A DNA stretch of 63,001 nucleotides, filler included, from Octopus bimaculoides (GCF_001194135.2; 5 parts of 5 records of this genome joined end to end with filler, not necessarily neighbours in it); one strand, 5' to 3'. Positions 36,947 through 50,093 are shown, counted from the whole stretch's first letter. The notes: generated by a model not told the origin, from the letters alone. Numbers and translations: made by a program.

Positions 36947-37283
36947 TCATCTTATAAAGTCAGTGGGTTAATAGAATCGAGAGAGCAATTTTTAGTTACT
37001 TATTGAGTAAAGATCGTCTTTATCTTCTATCATTCTGTAAGTCAACAAAATAAGTACCAATAATAAACTGAGGCTTTTTAATCAACTGCAGTCTCCCTCA
37101 AAATTTCCGGCTTCAAACCAATTTTGGAAATCAGCTTGTTTCAATTTGTATGTTATCTGTACATCAGAACTCGTAAGCTCCTCCCTTTATTAAAATCGTT
37201 TGTATTCTAAATATCACTCAATATGTATGAAGAATGGCATAAACATAACACATCATACTGTTTTTTCTTGTTCATCAAAATAT

Positions 37284-37628
37284 AGAGTAAAGATCCTCTT
37301 CGGTCATGAATGGTCATGAGATTGCACCTTGACAGTTACTCTCCAAGGCACAAGTCCGGTAAAAGTGTTTATGGAAGACCAGCAGTCGCCTATGCATACC
37401 AGCCTCCCCTCTCCGCGCCACCGATGGAGGTTGTCCAAGGGAAAGGCAATGGTCGATACAGCTTGGCACCAGTGATGTCGCAACTCATTTCTAGAGCTGA
37501 ATGAACTGGAGCAACCTGAAATAAAGTGTCTTGCTTAAGAACACAACATACAGCCAGGTCCAGAGATCGAACTCACTATCTCATGATTGTGAGCCCCACT
37601 CTCTAACTACTGAGCCATGCATCTTCAC
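37284..37628 (-). mobile_element. tRNA-derived SINE, second head family
   Basis: gtgaagatgcatggctcagtagttagag (A box)...gagttcgatctc (B box)...gttgtgttcttaagcaagacactttatttcaggttgctccag core. Confidence 0.85.
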
Positions 37629-38263
37629 CCATCAAAATAGACATCAGCTAATTATAATTTATTAATAATCGCACTTTTAGAACAAATATCAAAAACGTAG
37701 ACTGAATAATGGAAAAGTAGTTTAGAAATATTGAGCGTTTTCCATGTCTAATTTAATTCGGACTCGTGTGTATATAGTTCATAAATATGGACGTTCATAA
37801 ACATACTGTTCGTGAACATGGAGAATTAAATTAGCAATATTAAAGGATTCGGAATTTGTAGCCATTCGGATTATTATTGTTAACCTTTCCCAACGATGAA
37901 ATAAAACCCACACTGGAATACTGCTCTCATCCATGAGACCGTGTAGCTACTGTTGCAGCACAGGCTGGCATTTTAGAGCACAGACCAACGAAGATTAATC
38001 AACTGATTCGCAATAATTCTCCCACTAATATCATCCTTCGATCCGTATCCCACGGGCATGTCTCCTCTTTGTCTCTTCAATCGCTGCTACAACCGCTTGT
38101 TTCTCTGAACTATTTATCTCCATAGCTACCTGATAAATACCTCTCTACGCCTTCTATCATCCACATGGTGACACATTTCTCAAACCCAAACACTAAATAT
38201 TCTCCCGGTCCTTCCTTCTCAGCACCACAACCTAATGAAATTACGTCCTATCCTTGCTTTCCT

Positions 38264-38560
38264 GTGGCTTAGTGGTTAGGGTATTGGGCTTATGATCGTA
38301 AGATTGTGGTTTCAACTCCTGGATCGAACGATACGTTGTGTTCTTGAGCAAAACACTTCATTTCACGTTGCTCCAGTCCACTCAGCTGGCAAAAATGAGT
38401 AATCCTGCGATGGATCGGCGTCCCGTCCAGGTGGGGAATTTCTACGCTACTGAAACCGGGAAGCCGACCCTTATGAGCCTAGCATGTCTCGAGAAGGAAA
38501 CATTTCTTCTTCTTCTTCTTCTTCTTCTTCTTCTTCTTCTTCTTCTTCTTCTTCTTCTTT
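38264..38560 (+). mobile_element. tRNA-derived SINE with the same core as 37284-37628, a different tail and a (CTT)n end
   Basis: gtggcttagtggttagg...gttgtgttcttgagcaaaacacttcatttcacgttgctccag...(ctt)n. Confidence 0.85.
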
Positions 38561-38964
38561 TCGCTTTCCTACAAACATTGATCTACAAATGTTTCAGCTA
38601 AACCAGTCATATATATCTTATCGACCGCACATAATGTATGTTTTCTTTTTCTTTTTCACCGGTTCGCTACGGACAACGCTCTGAGAAAGACTCCCTCATG
38701 GCACTGGGTGTTAAAATACCTGCAAGTCACAGACAGGCGAGACATATACTCGTATGCATGTATTAATTCTTTTTACAAGGAAAAGATTGACAGTGACTTC
38801 GAAGTTTCGGAGTACCTCAGCTTAAGACGTTTAAAACAACATATCCAAGTTAAGTTGGCTATGCAGATTAATATTCGTTACAAAGATTTCTTGTGTTGCT
38901 AATAGCTAATAAATGTATGTGTATGTATATAGGTATATGTGTGTGTGCGAGCATACATGTGTAT

Positions 38965-39017
<53 letters not shown>

Positions 39018-39197
39018 NNNNNNNNNNNNNNNNNNNNNNNNNNNNNNNNNNNNNNNNNNNNNNNNNNNNNNNNNNNNNNNNNNNNNNNNNNNNNNNNNNN
39101 NNNNNNNNNNNNNNNNNNNNNNNNNNNNNNNNNNNNNNNNNNNNNNNNNNNNNNNNNNNNNNNNNNNNNNNNNNNNNNNNNNNNNNNNNNNNNNNNN

Positions 39198-39264
<67 letters not shown>

Positions 39265-40197
39265 CACACATACACACACAACTGTTTAAATGAATGTTCC
39301 AAAAGAAATATTAAACCGTACTCTTCAGGGATTCCATTTTTAAAAGCCATTATAAATCCTCTTAATGTGACATCTTTGATTGTCATGAAAATCAGTGAAT
39401 TTCTTCAGTTTTTCTTTCAATATTTTGGAAAGAAATGCAGTTTGTCTCTCATCTGAACGCCTGCCACTTGTTGCATTTACGAATCTTTTAATACCAACCC
39501 GCTTGAGACTACCTTTAGGTCTATGATATCAACTTCTTACTTTAAAGTGATCTAAATTTAAAAACCTGTCACCAGAATTTTATGTTGATTTATATTCTAA
39601 ACACCCGTAGCAACTTTCTACTTCAATTCGAACCTCTTCGTTCACATTTCCAGTTTAGAACCCCAACTTAAGTGTATTTCTACAAATTGCATTACCAGCT
39701 CCTTGAACCAAATGATATCGCCTTACAAAGCATTAATGTTCGCGTAAAAGTTTCTCTACTACCCAACATCGGCTGGCATGTTGCAATTAAAGGCAGTAGA
39801 CTTTACAGGAAGTTGTGTCAATTCCCGCCATGTAGTATTTTCAAAGGTTCTAGAAGCTTTACTCGAGGTTATAAAAATCTAAAATATTGAACAACTGAGT
39901 AAAGCCACCTTAGAAGCTACACGGAATTCTGTCGCTTTATTCTAGAAAATGAGCTCTCACTTGCTTCTAGTTGTTTTTTCATAACATACTTTGTATAACA
40001 TTTGTGACAATGGTAATCAACCATGAGTTGTAATGCAATCATGAATACACACACAAATACACACACATACACACACACACACACACACATGTATGTATGC
40101 CGTTATCTTTCTATATAATTATGTGCATTGTTCTGTTTGTAATAACTATGCACATATATCACATATAAGTTTAATGCTTTAACAAGAATGAAGAGAA

Positions 40198-40233
40198 TCC
40201 TAACGTTTCGGACATTAGTCCTTCGCCAGAAGA
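40198..40233 (-). ncRNA. Minimal type-I hammerhead-ribozyme-like motif (one core substitution)
   Basis: tctt-CTGGCGA-a-GGAC-taat-GTCC-GAAACGTT-agga: stem I tctt/agga, perfect 4-bp stem II, palindromic ACGT stem III; A6 replaced by G. Confidence 0.55.
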
Positions 40234-41899
40234 AAGTATAAGGATAAAGAGAAAAAGTAGTTGAGAAGTAAAGAAAGAGTGAAGAAAAAGTACCCGATGC
40301 ACTCATTCGATAGCTAAGAAATAGTCTGACTACTGTTATAATTTTAGGAAATAGGTTTGTCGTTTTACGACCATGTAAGAACATATGTCTCGGACAAATC
40401 CTTTCCCATTTCCAGAGAAGTTCGTATGTAGGTTGGGGATTTTCTTTACACTACCTATATACTTAGCATATATTTATAGATCGTCCACAAAGACACAATG
40501 TGTTTGGTAGGTATTTCTGTCTTCAATCGCATATCTTTCAGGTGTCCTTAACAAAAAGGTTAGAGGGTTTACTGGAAGTATAAACAGCGTCAGAGAGAGA
40601 GAGAGAGAGAAAGACTATTACCTGAAGAGCACCTCTATGAGTAACACCATAAACAATTCCTGTATATATTACTTTATAATGGTGGCCTAGGATAAAGTAA
40701 GGCTCTCTATAGCCTTGATAAAGGTAACTGGAACTTTAGAAAGTCGAAAGGACTCTAACATCCACAAACTGGGAAAAGAATCGAATGTCTTCTTGTAATC
40801 CAGCCAGACTGTTACTAAGTTCTTATGCAGTCGTACCGCTATCTTCACAGTTTTGTTGATCAAGAGTCGTTCAGCACATCCTCAAACTCCTTTCTTCTCA
40901 GCTACTTGTTCAGTCCTGATGATGTCATAACTGTCACAGGGGCTTTAAAAAAACAAGTTTAGATAAGCTATGTATATTTTATACAAGAGATTTGGCACGC
41001 AATTGCCCGGTAGTCTTTTGCAAAGTGGCTTTGTCTTGGAGTATCAGTTTCGTTTTTGCCTGTGCCATCCAGTTTAATATGTTATCTCCACTGAGAGCTT
41101 GTTGGTATAGATCAATAAAATACCTTCAATAAAAGGTAAATTTTTCTGGTCCGATAAGCAAATCCCCTCCTATGCTTTCCTATCCTGATGTTTTAGAATA
41201 ATAATCTCAATGGGCTCACCATTTATATTGTATGTAGTCGCCCTGCACTCCAATTAAACTCTTTGCTTCCAGACTTTTCTCCAGAATGACCCTCTATCTT
41301 TCTGAGACGATGCCTCCGAAGCATTATTGATTTCCCTTCATATCTCAGTAAACCAATGATTGGTTTCGGTTATGTTTGTTGTTGATCATTTTATTTTCAG
41401 TTACTCTTTTCTGACACCGGACTTTTTTTCACTGACAGTTTTAATTCTTATTTTGAGGGTGATTAATTTCCATTCAAGCGATCTCTTTTTGCTGTCTGCA
41501 GATACTTTTCAATTCTGTTTTCCGTGTATATATACGATCTGTTCAAAAAATAAACCAAACAAGTTAAAAAAACAAAATTATTATTTTACTTACAGTTTAA
41601 TCAGACATGTCTTCTTCAAAGCGGTTCCCACCACTTTTGATACACAACCCCCAACATTTATATTATGATTTTGAAACTTATCTTGGAGCACGTTTTCAAA
41701 GGGAGTGCGCAATTCTAGCAATGAATTTTTCTTGATTTCGTCTGTCAGCTGAAGTCGGAGACCTTTCTGGGGGCAAATACAAATAGCGAGATGACTGGAG
41801 GATGAGAATCGTCTCATGCTTTGCCTAAACGTCAGGGATAGTGAGTGAATATGTAGACTTATTTCTGTCTACAAAATCCACTCACATGGTATCAGTTAG

Positions 41900-41995
41900 C
41901 TATAGGTAGAAGAAACTTCCTAAGGTATCAAGTTGTGAGACACAGTACCTGAAGCCATGTGGTTGGGAAGTAAAACTTCTCAACCACACAGCTGT
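41900..41995 (-). mobile_element. Decayed SINE head (family of 31062-31225)
   Basis: gccatgtggttgggaagtaaaacttctcaaccacacagc resembles accatgtggttggtaaacaagctacttaccacacagcc. Confidence 0.6.
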
Positions 41996-43567
41996 GTGGT
42001 GGGGGAGTATGTATGTGTTATAATCCTTAAAATATTGGATTGTTATTACGCCCACTTCGATATACGGTATATTTAGTAAAACCAGTAAAGACACGACTAT
42101 CTCTGACCGCCTACTACGTACTCCGGTACTTCACGTACTTCTCTTTATAGTGACTAAGTTATTACATTTGTCACGTGGGAAGTGTGTACCATTATTAGTA
42201 ATTCCCTACAACATCTACCCTTTTAAGTTTTTCTTAGGAAGTGTCATTTAATTTAGCAATAATTTTTTTTTATTACTCCACCTCCCTTTTTTGAGATGTT
42301 TTCTTTCGTACAATTTAATATTTTTTATGAGATTATTTTAAAGCAGGAGCATGTATCATGGAACCAGAGGTATTCTCAGGCAGACTGAAACAGAAAGGGT
42401 TAAATGAAATGTTTCTCAATTTACTTGCTGCACAAATTTCTATGAAATTCATAATTGGCCTTGATGGGATCTTTTGAATTCATAATATAGATGAAACACA
42501 ACCAAAGAATGTAAGACTTAATCTTGTGCCTTATCATTTCTATAGTTACTCAGCCTGTCACTAGCTATATGATACAAGTTTCCTTTTTTAAGGTAGGCTA
42601 AATTAAAACTTCCCATCAGAATTTCATGTTTATTAACCCATTACCTACCAGTGATTTCATATGAGATCACTTAAAAATTACAAATTTCTTAATTATCTGT
42701 CAATATTTACACATATCTAACCTTTTTGCTATATCTACTAGGTATATTTCTCTGATATTCAGATGAGGTTTGCTAATTTTTCACCCATGATCTCGCTTAT
42801 TTCTATTTAAAATGTTATTTTGAAATGTTATTTTGAAATGTTATTTTGACCATTCCAGCATGTTTCTAAGGCTGTTTTATGCTAGAAATCAAAGTTTCAT
42901 AAAAAAAATTCCAGTTAATAGAATTATGGGAGGTAATGGGTTAATGTACCAAACATCAGTTTAAAAATGGTAGTTATTTTATAGTATTTTGTCTTTCGTC
43001 TGCTTCAGATATTGTCCTTCAGCTCTGCTGAGGTACACCCTTTAAGGGTTTTAGTCAAATGAATGAACCTCAATACCTACCTTTTTTAAAGTTGGGCTCT
43101 TATTCTATCGGTCTTTTTTGCCGAACTGTTGAGTTCCACAATACAAATTTCCTGCTTTAAGGTCATCATCATCAGCATCGTCAGCATCATTATCAACTAC
43201 GAATTTCATACAGTGCCATTGGTCAAATAAGTATGAGAACACATTCTATCCTGCAGTTAATTTATCTCACTTCTTTACTCACCTATAACAACCAGGTCTC
43301 TGGTAAAGCGATAAATCAACATCAAATTCCTTACAATACACACACACACACACACACACACACANNNNNNNNNNATATATATATATACTCATATACACAT
43401 AGTTACATAGATATATAGATACACACATGTATATATATGTGTATACATACATATCAATACACATATACCCATAGTTACATAGATATATAGATACACATAT
43501 ATATGTGTGTGTATATATATATCAATATTCATATACATACATATATATATATACACACACATACACA

Positions 43568-43688
<121 letters not shown>

Positions 43689-43689
43689 G

Positions 43690-44555
43690 TTACTAGAGCT
43701 GTATGTGATAATGCAGCGTGTTACTGAAACACATATGGCTTTCCATTGCACACACTGTTTATCCAGGGATAGCAATTGTTTCCAGGACCTCAATGTAGGG
43801 GGAAGAGCTAACTCTAAAGCCTTGTGGAAAGAAGTAAGGAGGCATCACATGTCCTTCATTGCTGACAACCACTAAAACCATGACAATTGCAGGAAATTTT
43901 GTATGCATAACACACGGAACTTCAGAAGGATCTGCACATAACGATCTGTCATTTCTTCTGTTAACTTTTGTTCTTGGTTGAAGTTTATTTTGTTTGAGAA
44001 CAACTAAATCAAATCTTTTTCTGCTGGATTTTTCAGTTTGTTTAAGAAACTTTTAGATCTGATGTAGTGATTTTCTTTTGCTTTTTCTAACAAATTGACC
44101 TTTCCTCATCATATAAGACTTATATCTGAAGTCTTCATGGACAACATTTCTGACTGTTCCTTCTGACAAATGGAGATCTTTTGTAATTGACCTCATGGAC
44201 TTTCTGCAATTGTAATTAATATTCTGTTGAACTTGTTGGATAAATTAAGGTGTTCTGATGATTTCAGAGCATTTCGAATACTTTTTAAGCTTTGATACTG
44301 GTGATACATTTCCATCTTCAGTCTCTAGCTCTGTACAAACTTTGTAGATGAAAGATCTGGCAACTTTTAAAAATCAAGATATTTCTAAATCACTATGCTC
44401 AGCCTTTATAACCACAATAACAGCATGCCTCTACATTTTTTGAGTATGCTGAGGGTGTGCCATTATTATTTTCTGACACAAAGATTATACAGAGTTCGTA
44501 AAATATGCAGCTATGACCCAAAAAAGGTATGTCCACGAATATCTTACACACCCTG
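43690..44555 (-). mobile_element. 5' two-thirds of a decayed maT-like Tc1/mariner element, truncated at (TA)n
   Basis: KAEHSDLEIS*FLKVARSFIYKV...SEGTVRNVVHEDFRYKSYMMRKGQF...[50 protein letters not shown]...YVFQ; left TIR TA|cagggtgtgtaagatattcgtggac. Third catalytic residue missing, so family assigned by motif similarity. Confidence 0.85.
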
Positions 44556-44571
44556 TATGTGTGTGTGTGTG

Positions 44572-44608
<37 letters not shown>

Positions 44609-45069
44609 ACCTCTATCTGCCGAGTTGTTTATATATAAATATATATGGTCTGACATCCATACATGCAAACATATATATATATATCACTATACACACATAC
44701 TTATTGCTGTTACTGTTAGTTCATACACTCCATTATGAGAATTAACAATGGCTTCATGCAAATATAATTAATTCATTCTGAATGCAAATAAATGCCAATC
44801 AAAAGTTCAGTTTACCACTCACAATAAACAGTAGAGTGGCGTTTGTCAGTGGGCTTACAGCATAAGCCAACATACAGTAACCATTTGACAAATTAGGCCA
44901 ATGTCATTGTAGATATTACATTAATGTCACCTTATTTAATGTACTGAACATTCAGAAACTAGTCAGAAAAAGGAAAAAGAAACAGCAAATGTATGTCATG
45001 AAGAAAAGATAATATTAATCAGCAGCTAATATTGTAATTTATTCTAAGGTTATGAGCAGGTACAATTGT

Positions 45070-45240
45070 TAGCTAGTTGAGCAAAATACTCAGCACCATT
45101 TCATCCATCTGAGGTTGACTTTGCCTTTCATCCTTTCAGAGTTGATAAAATATATACCAGTCGAACACTGGATTCAGTGTAATCAACAAGCCCCTCCCTC
45201 AAAATTTCAGACCTTGCACTTATAGCAGAAAGGATTATTT
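45070..45240 (+). mobile_element. tRNA-SINE copy with CpG-to-TpG decay
   Basis: gaggttgactttgcctttcatcctttcagagttgataaaa versus CpG-containing copies at 31.6 and 36.8 kb. Confidence 0.75.
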
Positions 45241-45414
45241 TAATTATTCTGGGAAGTACAAGAAGCAATTCCAGATTTGTTTTGGTTGCAATAAGACTTC
45301 CTCAGTGAAACTGCAATTCAAAATAGTTTATGAAGGGATATTGAGAGAATATTATATTTATTGTAAAAAGAGATTTTATTTTGCTAGAAAGATGGTGATA
45401 CAGGAATAAAACAA

Positions 45415-45945
45415 CAAATAATGAAGATGGAGAGCTTCTAATAATGCAAAAACATAAAGTTAAGTAACCTTTATATTTCAGACACAAGGCCCATAATCAG
45501 AAGTAAACTGCTTAAAGAAATGTAAGTCTGCATACATCTTGTCATGATCATTGCTGTATGTACAGTGGCCCTGCTTTGCCTGCATAGTGTTGTTTGTGAT
45601 ATCAGGTGAATATAGTAACAGCAGCAGCAGTAGAACTACCAACCTATACAGCTAGCCATTCACCACTGACCCCCACTATAACCTCTGCAGCCCCTGGCAA
45701 TACTATCTTGCATACCAAATTTACCATACTCATACTACACTCATACTACATTTACCCATTGCCACAACATCACCACATAGGAAAAGTTAGGTCATTGCCC
45801 ATACAGCAACCAACATGGCAGGATCTATGTTAACTTACATTTCTTTAAGCTGTTCACTTCTAATGATGGGCCTTTGTACCTAAAATATAAAAGTTACTTA
45901 ACTTTGCCTTTTTGCATTGTTAGAAGCTTTCTGCCATCATCATTT
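45415..45945. repeat. Large imperfect palindrome (~200-bp arms) with hammerhead-like cores near both outer ends
   Basis: Exact gcttaaagaaatgtaagt at 45510-45527 versus 45833-45850 (reverse complement); homology extends outward (aaagttaagtaac, gcttctaa.aatgcaaaaa) and inward (ttgctgtatg). Confidence 0.75.
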
Positions 45946-46790
45946 GATAATTATGATAATTGTTGACGATTTAATTTTAGATGAATATTGCTCAATGGTA
46001 ATGAGATCCAGAATGCAAACAATTACTGCAACTTCATTATATTACAGAAGTAGTTCAGTTAGTCAGTCAACCTTTTTGTTATGATATTCCTGTTGAAATA
46101 CACTGCATTTATTTCAATTAATTTTGAAAATACAGAAGAATTTAGTGAAAGTAACAAATTAATTAATCTGTGTTTAGAACATTAATCAATGTAAAATTTT
46201 GATGGACAGTTTTAATTTAAATTACTTTAAAAGTGAATCGAAATATTTGCATCATAGAATCTGGGACACTTTCAGGCTGGTTGGTATTAAAAGAATAAAA
46301 GCAGTGCAAATGTTGAATGTATGTCAGGGAGATAATAATTCATTAAAACTACTTTCAATGAATGTTCATAGAATTCAGCATGAATGTTTGTTGTAAATTG
46401 AATATTGATTTTTAACTTAGATATAAGAGAATAAAGTTTCAGCGAGGGATGTAGTTGTTTAGAAATAGTCTAGTTTTTGGTTGATATTTTTTTATACCAA
46501 CCTTGGATCAAAGGTAAGGCTGACATTTGCCTTTACACTGTTGTTGTATTAATACAATGAGACTGAAAACAATGTTATATATGAACACACACACACATTT
46601 ATATATATATATATATATATATATTGAGAGAGAGAGAGAGAGAGATACATAGATACATACATATATACAAGCATGTATATATAGATATAGATATATACGC
46701 ACACACACACACACACATACATATACATACATATATAGATCTATATACATATACTCTATATACAGGCATATATATATACACATAAATAAA

Positions 46791-46841
<51 letters not shown>

Positions 46842-47144
46842 NNNNNNNNNNNNNNNNNNNNNNNNNNNNNNNNNNNNNNNNNNNNNNNNNNNNNNNNNNN
46901 NNNNNNNNNNNNNNNNNNNNNNNNNNNNNNNNNNNNNNNNNNNNNNNNNNNNNNNNNNNNNNNNNNNNNNNNNNNNNNNNNNNNNNNNNNNNNNNNNNNN
47001 NNNNNNNNNNNNNNNNNNNNNNNNNNNNNNNNNNNNNNNNNNNNNNNNNNNNNNNNNNNNNNNNNNNNNNNNNNNNNNNNNNNNNNNNNNNNNNNNNNNN
47101 NNNNNNNNNNNNNNNNNNNNNNNNNNNNNNNNNNNNNNNNNNNN

Positions 47145-47209
<65 letters not shown>

Positions 47210-47939
47210 CACACACAAACACTCATGTATATATGTGTATACATACATATATATATGGCACTCTTATGACAACTCCATCAAGGAGTTGAGGGCCCAAGGC
47301 AAATAATAACAGATTCAGCAACTACTCTCAGTGATGTCTTTAATCCTTTTGATACCAACTTACCCCGGACCACACCTCGTTATAAAAACTTCTTCTTTTA
47401 AAGTGATCTAAATTAACAGCCTCCATCAAATCTTCATGTTTATTTATGTTCCAAACACCAGTTTAATATTGGCAAATCTTTTTTATAAATTCATCATTAT
47501 TTTCTGTAATCGTAAGATTGTAGTTTTGATTCCTGGACCAGAGTATACATTATATTCTTGAGTGCTCCAGTCCATTCAGTTGTAAATTAATCCCAGCAAT
47601 AGCTGGAAATATAACCCTGTGACAGACTAGCATCCTGTTATAATCTCAGTCACTTACACAGCATGGAGATTGTGTTAAGCTTCAACCTTATGAGTTTTAA
47701 GGCTCAAAACATCATTGAAACAAAACAGTGTATTTCAACAGAAATGCAGCAACAATATGGTTAAAAGAGAAGAGACAGCATTGCTTATAAACATCAAATA
47801 ATTCATAAGTGATAAGTAATGTCAACTGATTCACCTTTCATGATCAGAGACAAATATCAATTTGTTATTTAGTATTATTGTATGGTAAAATATAGAATGT
47901 AAAGAAACTTGTAGTTGTTGTTATTATTATTGCTTAGCA

Positions 47940-48130
47940 ATATATTGGCAGGATCATTAGAGTGATTAACAAAACGACTTGTGTTGTAAGCTTAAGTTCA
48001 AATCCTATTGATATCAACTTTGCCATTCATCCTTCCTGCATTGATAAAATAAAGTACCAGTAAAATACTGAGGGTCAATATAATAGACTAAGTTCTCCTG
48101 CTAAATCTCAAGTCTTGTGCCTATATCAGA
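47940..48130 (+). mobile_element. Decayed tRNA-SINE copy with CpG loss
   Basis: ttggcaggatcattag...agttcaaatcc...actttgccattcatccttcc...ttgataaaataaagtaccag. Confidence 0.6.
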
Positions 48131-48519
48131 AGCAGTCATTGCTGTTATTTGGTCTCAAGTTAGTCCTGATGGAACAAGCCCCTAATCAACATCATTCTAA
48201 TCGTGACCATCCTATCTTTTCTCTAGATGCAGGAAGCATAAGGCCACATTCACTCCCCAGACACATGGTTTGGGGTTCAGTCCTACTTTACTGTCACCTC
48301 AGACTAACCAAAACCTTGCAGGTGGATTTTGCAGACAGAGGCCTTTCGAATATACATAAAGACAGACAGACATATATACATATCTCTCTCTCTCTCTCTG
48401 GCCAGATAACCATGTACCTCATCTACAGCAAGACACCTGTTTCTGTCTTTCTGTAACACTCTAACCTTGCATCATCTGACACAAGATCACCTCCTCCAAC
48501 GCCCCTTCCGTCTCAAAGA

Positions 48520-48784
48520 TCCCTTCTCTTGCAAGTTACTTGGTGACCCTGCCAGTGCTGGTGCCATGTAAAAAGCATCCAGTCTACACTGTAAAGTGGT
48601 TGGCATTTGGAAGGGCATCCAACTGTAAAAACCTTGCCAAAACTGAGCTCACCTGTGCCGGTGCCATGTAAAAAGCACTCAGTCCACTTTGCGAGGTGGA
48701 TGGTGTTAGAAATTTGGTGCAGTCTTCTGCCTGGCCAGCTCCTGTTAAACTGTCCAACCCATGCCAGCATGGAAGGCAGACATC

Positions 48785-48832
<48 letters not shown>
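48520..48832 (+). mobile_element. SINE/LINE-tail repeat ending in (GAT)n, with internal duplication gtgccatgtaaaaagca
   Basis: gtggttggcatttggaagggcatccaactgtaaaaacc...gtccaacccatgccagcatggaaggcagac(gat)n; a decayed copy lies at ~61320-61450. Confidence 0.7.
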
Positions 48833-48833
<1 letters not shown>

Positions 48834-48958
48834 ATAAATATATATGCATATATATTGATAGATAGATACATACATACTTATATAAATACAGACAGACATA
48901 CATATAGACAGACAGACATACATATATATATGTTATGTGCCAAGTTGTCACGCCTGGC

Positions 48959-49016
48959 CTGTGACATTCAGGTGTTCTATAACACTTGAATGTTAATGAA
49001 CACCTGAATGTCACAG
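48959..49016. ncRNA. Pre-miRNA-sized hairpin (58 nt, perfect 19-bp stem)
   Basis: ctgtgacattcaggtgttc-(tataacacttgaatgttaat)-gaacacctgaatgtcacag; not recognised as a known miRNA. Confidence 0.35.
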
Positions 49017-49175
49017 AGTTTTCCCCAGACACTATCCTGCAGCAAATTTGGTATATAAACAAAACGCATATACTATGCATGTGTGACCAATAATGTTTAC
49101 GTTACTAGAGTTGCTTTTAATTTGTAATTTAATTTTCTTTGACATGTTCTACTTATACACATACATACAAATGTC

Positions 49176-49213
<38 letters not shown>

Positions 49214-49249
49214 CAATTCAAAAAAACACAAAGAAAAAGAAAAAAACAA

Positions 49250-49480
49250 ACAAATGTATGGATGTAGCACAAGCAAAGTATTAATAAGATGCTCAGAGAA
49301 GGGAAAGAGTAGTAGTTTTACGTTTTGAGCATAGCTCTTTTTGGGAAAAACAGGAAGGTCCAAGTCGAAAGAGGAAAAAGAAAAAAGGAAGGAGAGTGGA
49401 AGGAGAACTGAAGTAAAGTTGAGGGAAGAGAAGTGAGGAAGGGCCATAGCCAAATTATCAGGATTCACAGTCAAAGGTGC
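49250..49480 (-). mobile_element. Penelope-derived terminal fragment with decayed hammerhead core
   Basis: Minus strand ...ttcccaaaaaGAGC-tat-GCTCaaaacgtaaaactactac: stem II intact, both conserved boxes mutated. Confidence 0.4.
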
Positions 49481-49829
49481 AGATATATATATACATACAT
49501 ATGTATATATATATTCATATATATGTACGAATGTATGTATAGGTATAGGTATGTATATGTATGTGTTATATGTATCTATGTAAGTATATGTTTAGGATAA
49601 CAGTAACTGAAAAATCACTAGAGTTGCAATTAACCATCCAACTGTTGTAATTAACCACCCAGCACAGAAATCTCCATCTAACATTCTCACAGATGTTACT
49701 GGATAATTTTCATCTGCTACAGATGTATTTTTGTGTTTTTAAAAACAGTATGTCCATAAGTGATATTATTTCCAGACAAATACTGCAATTAATTGCCTTT
49801 TGTGCTGTACCTACATTAAGTATGATATG

Positions 49830-50025
49830 CAGATATCTTGTCAACCGATGTTGGTGTGTTTACATACCCATAACTTAGCAGTTCAGCAAAAGAGACCGAT
49901 AGAAAAAGTACTAAGCTTACAAAGAATAAGTCCTGGGGTTAATCTGTTCGAATACAGGCGGTGCTCCAGCATAGCTGCAGTCAAATGGCTGAAACAAATA
50001 AAGGAGTAAAAGAATAAAAGAATAT
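49830..50025 (+). mobile_element. SINE 3' half
   Basis: accgatgttggtgtgtttac...aacttagcagttcagcaaaagagaccgataga...ggcggtgctccagcatagctgcagtcaaatggctgaaacaa. Confidence 0.75.
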
Positions 50026-50054
50026 GCATAAATATATGTATATTTATATTATAA

Positions 50055-50093
<39 letters not shown>

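Noticed and set aside
42810-42849. 13-bp tandem repeat aaatgttattttg x3
   Set aside because: Simple slippage minisatellite with no spacers
46090-47745. 16-bp identity cagtgtatttcaacag in opposite orientations (~46095 and ~47730)
   Set aside because: No extension beyond 16 bp; about expected by chance in AT-rich 63 kb
49740-49815. CSICLE RING-like peptide on the minus strand
   Set aside because: Remaining RING ligands absent and the frame closes
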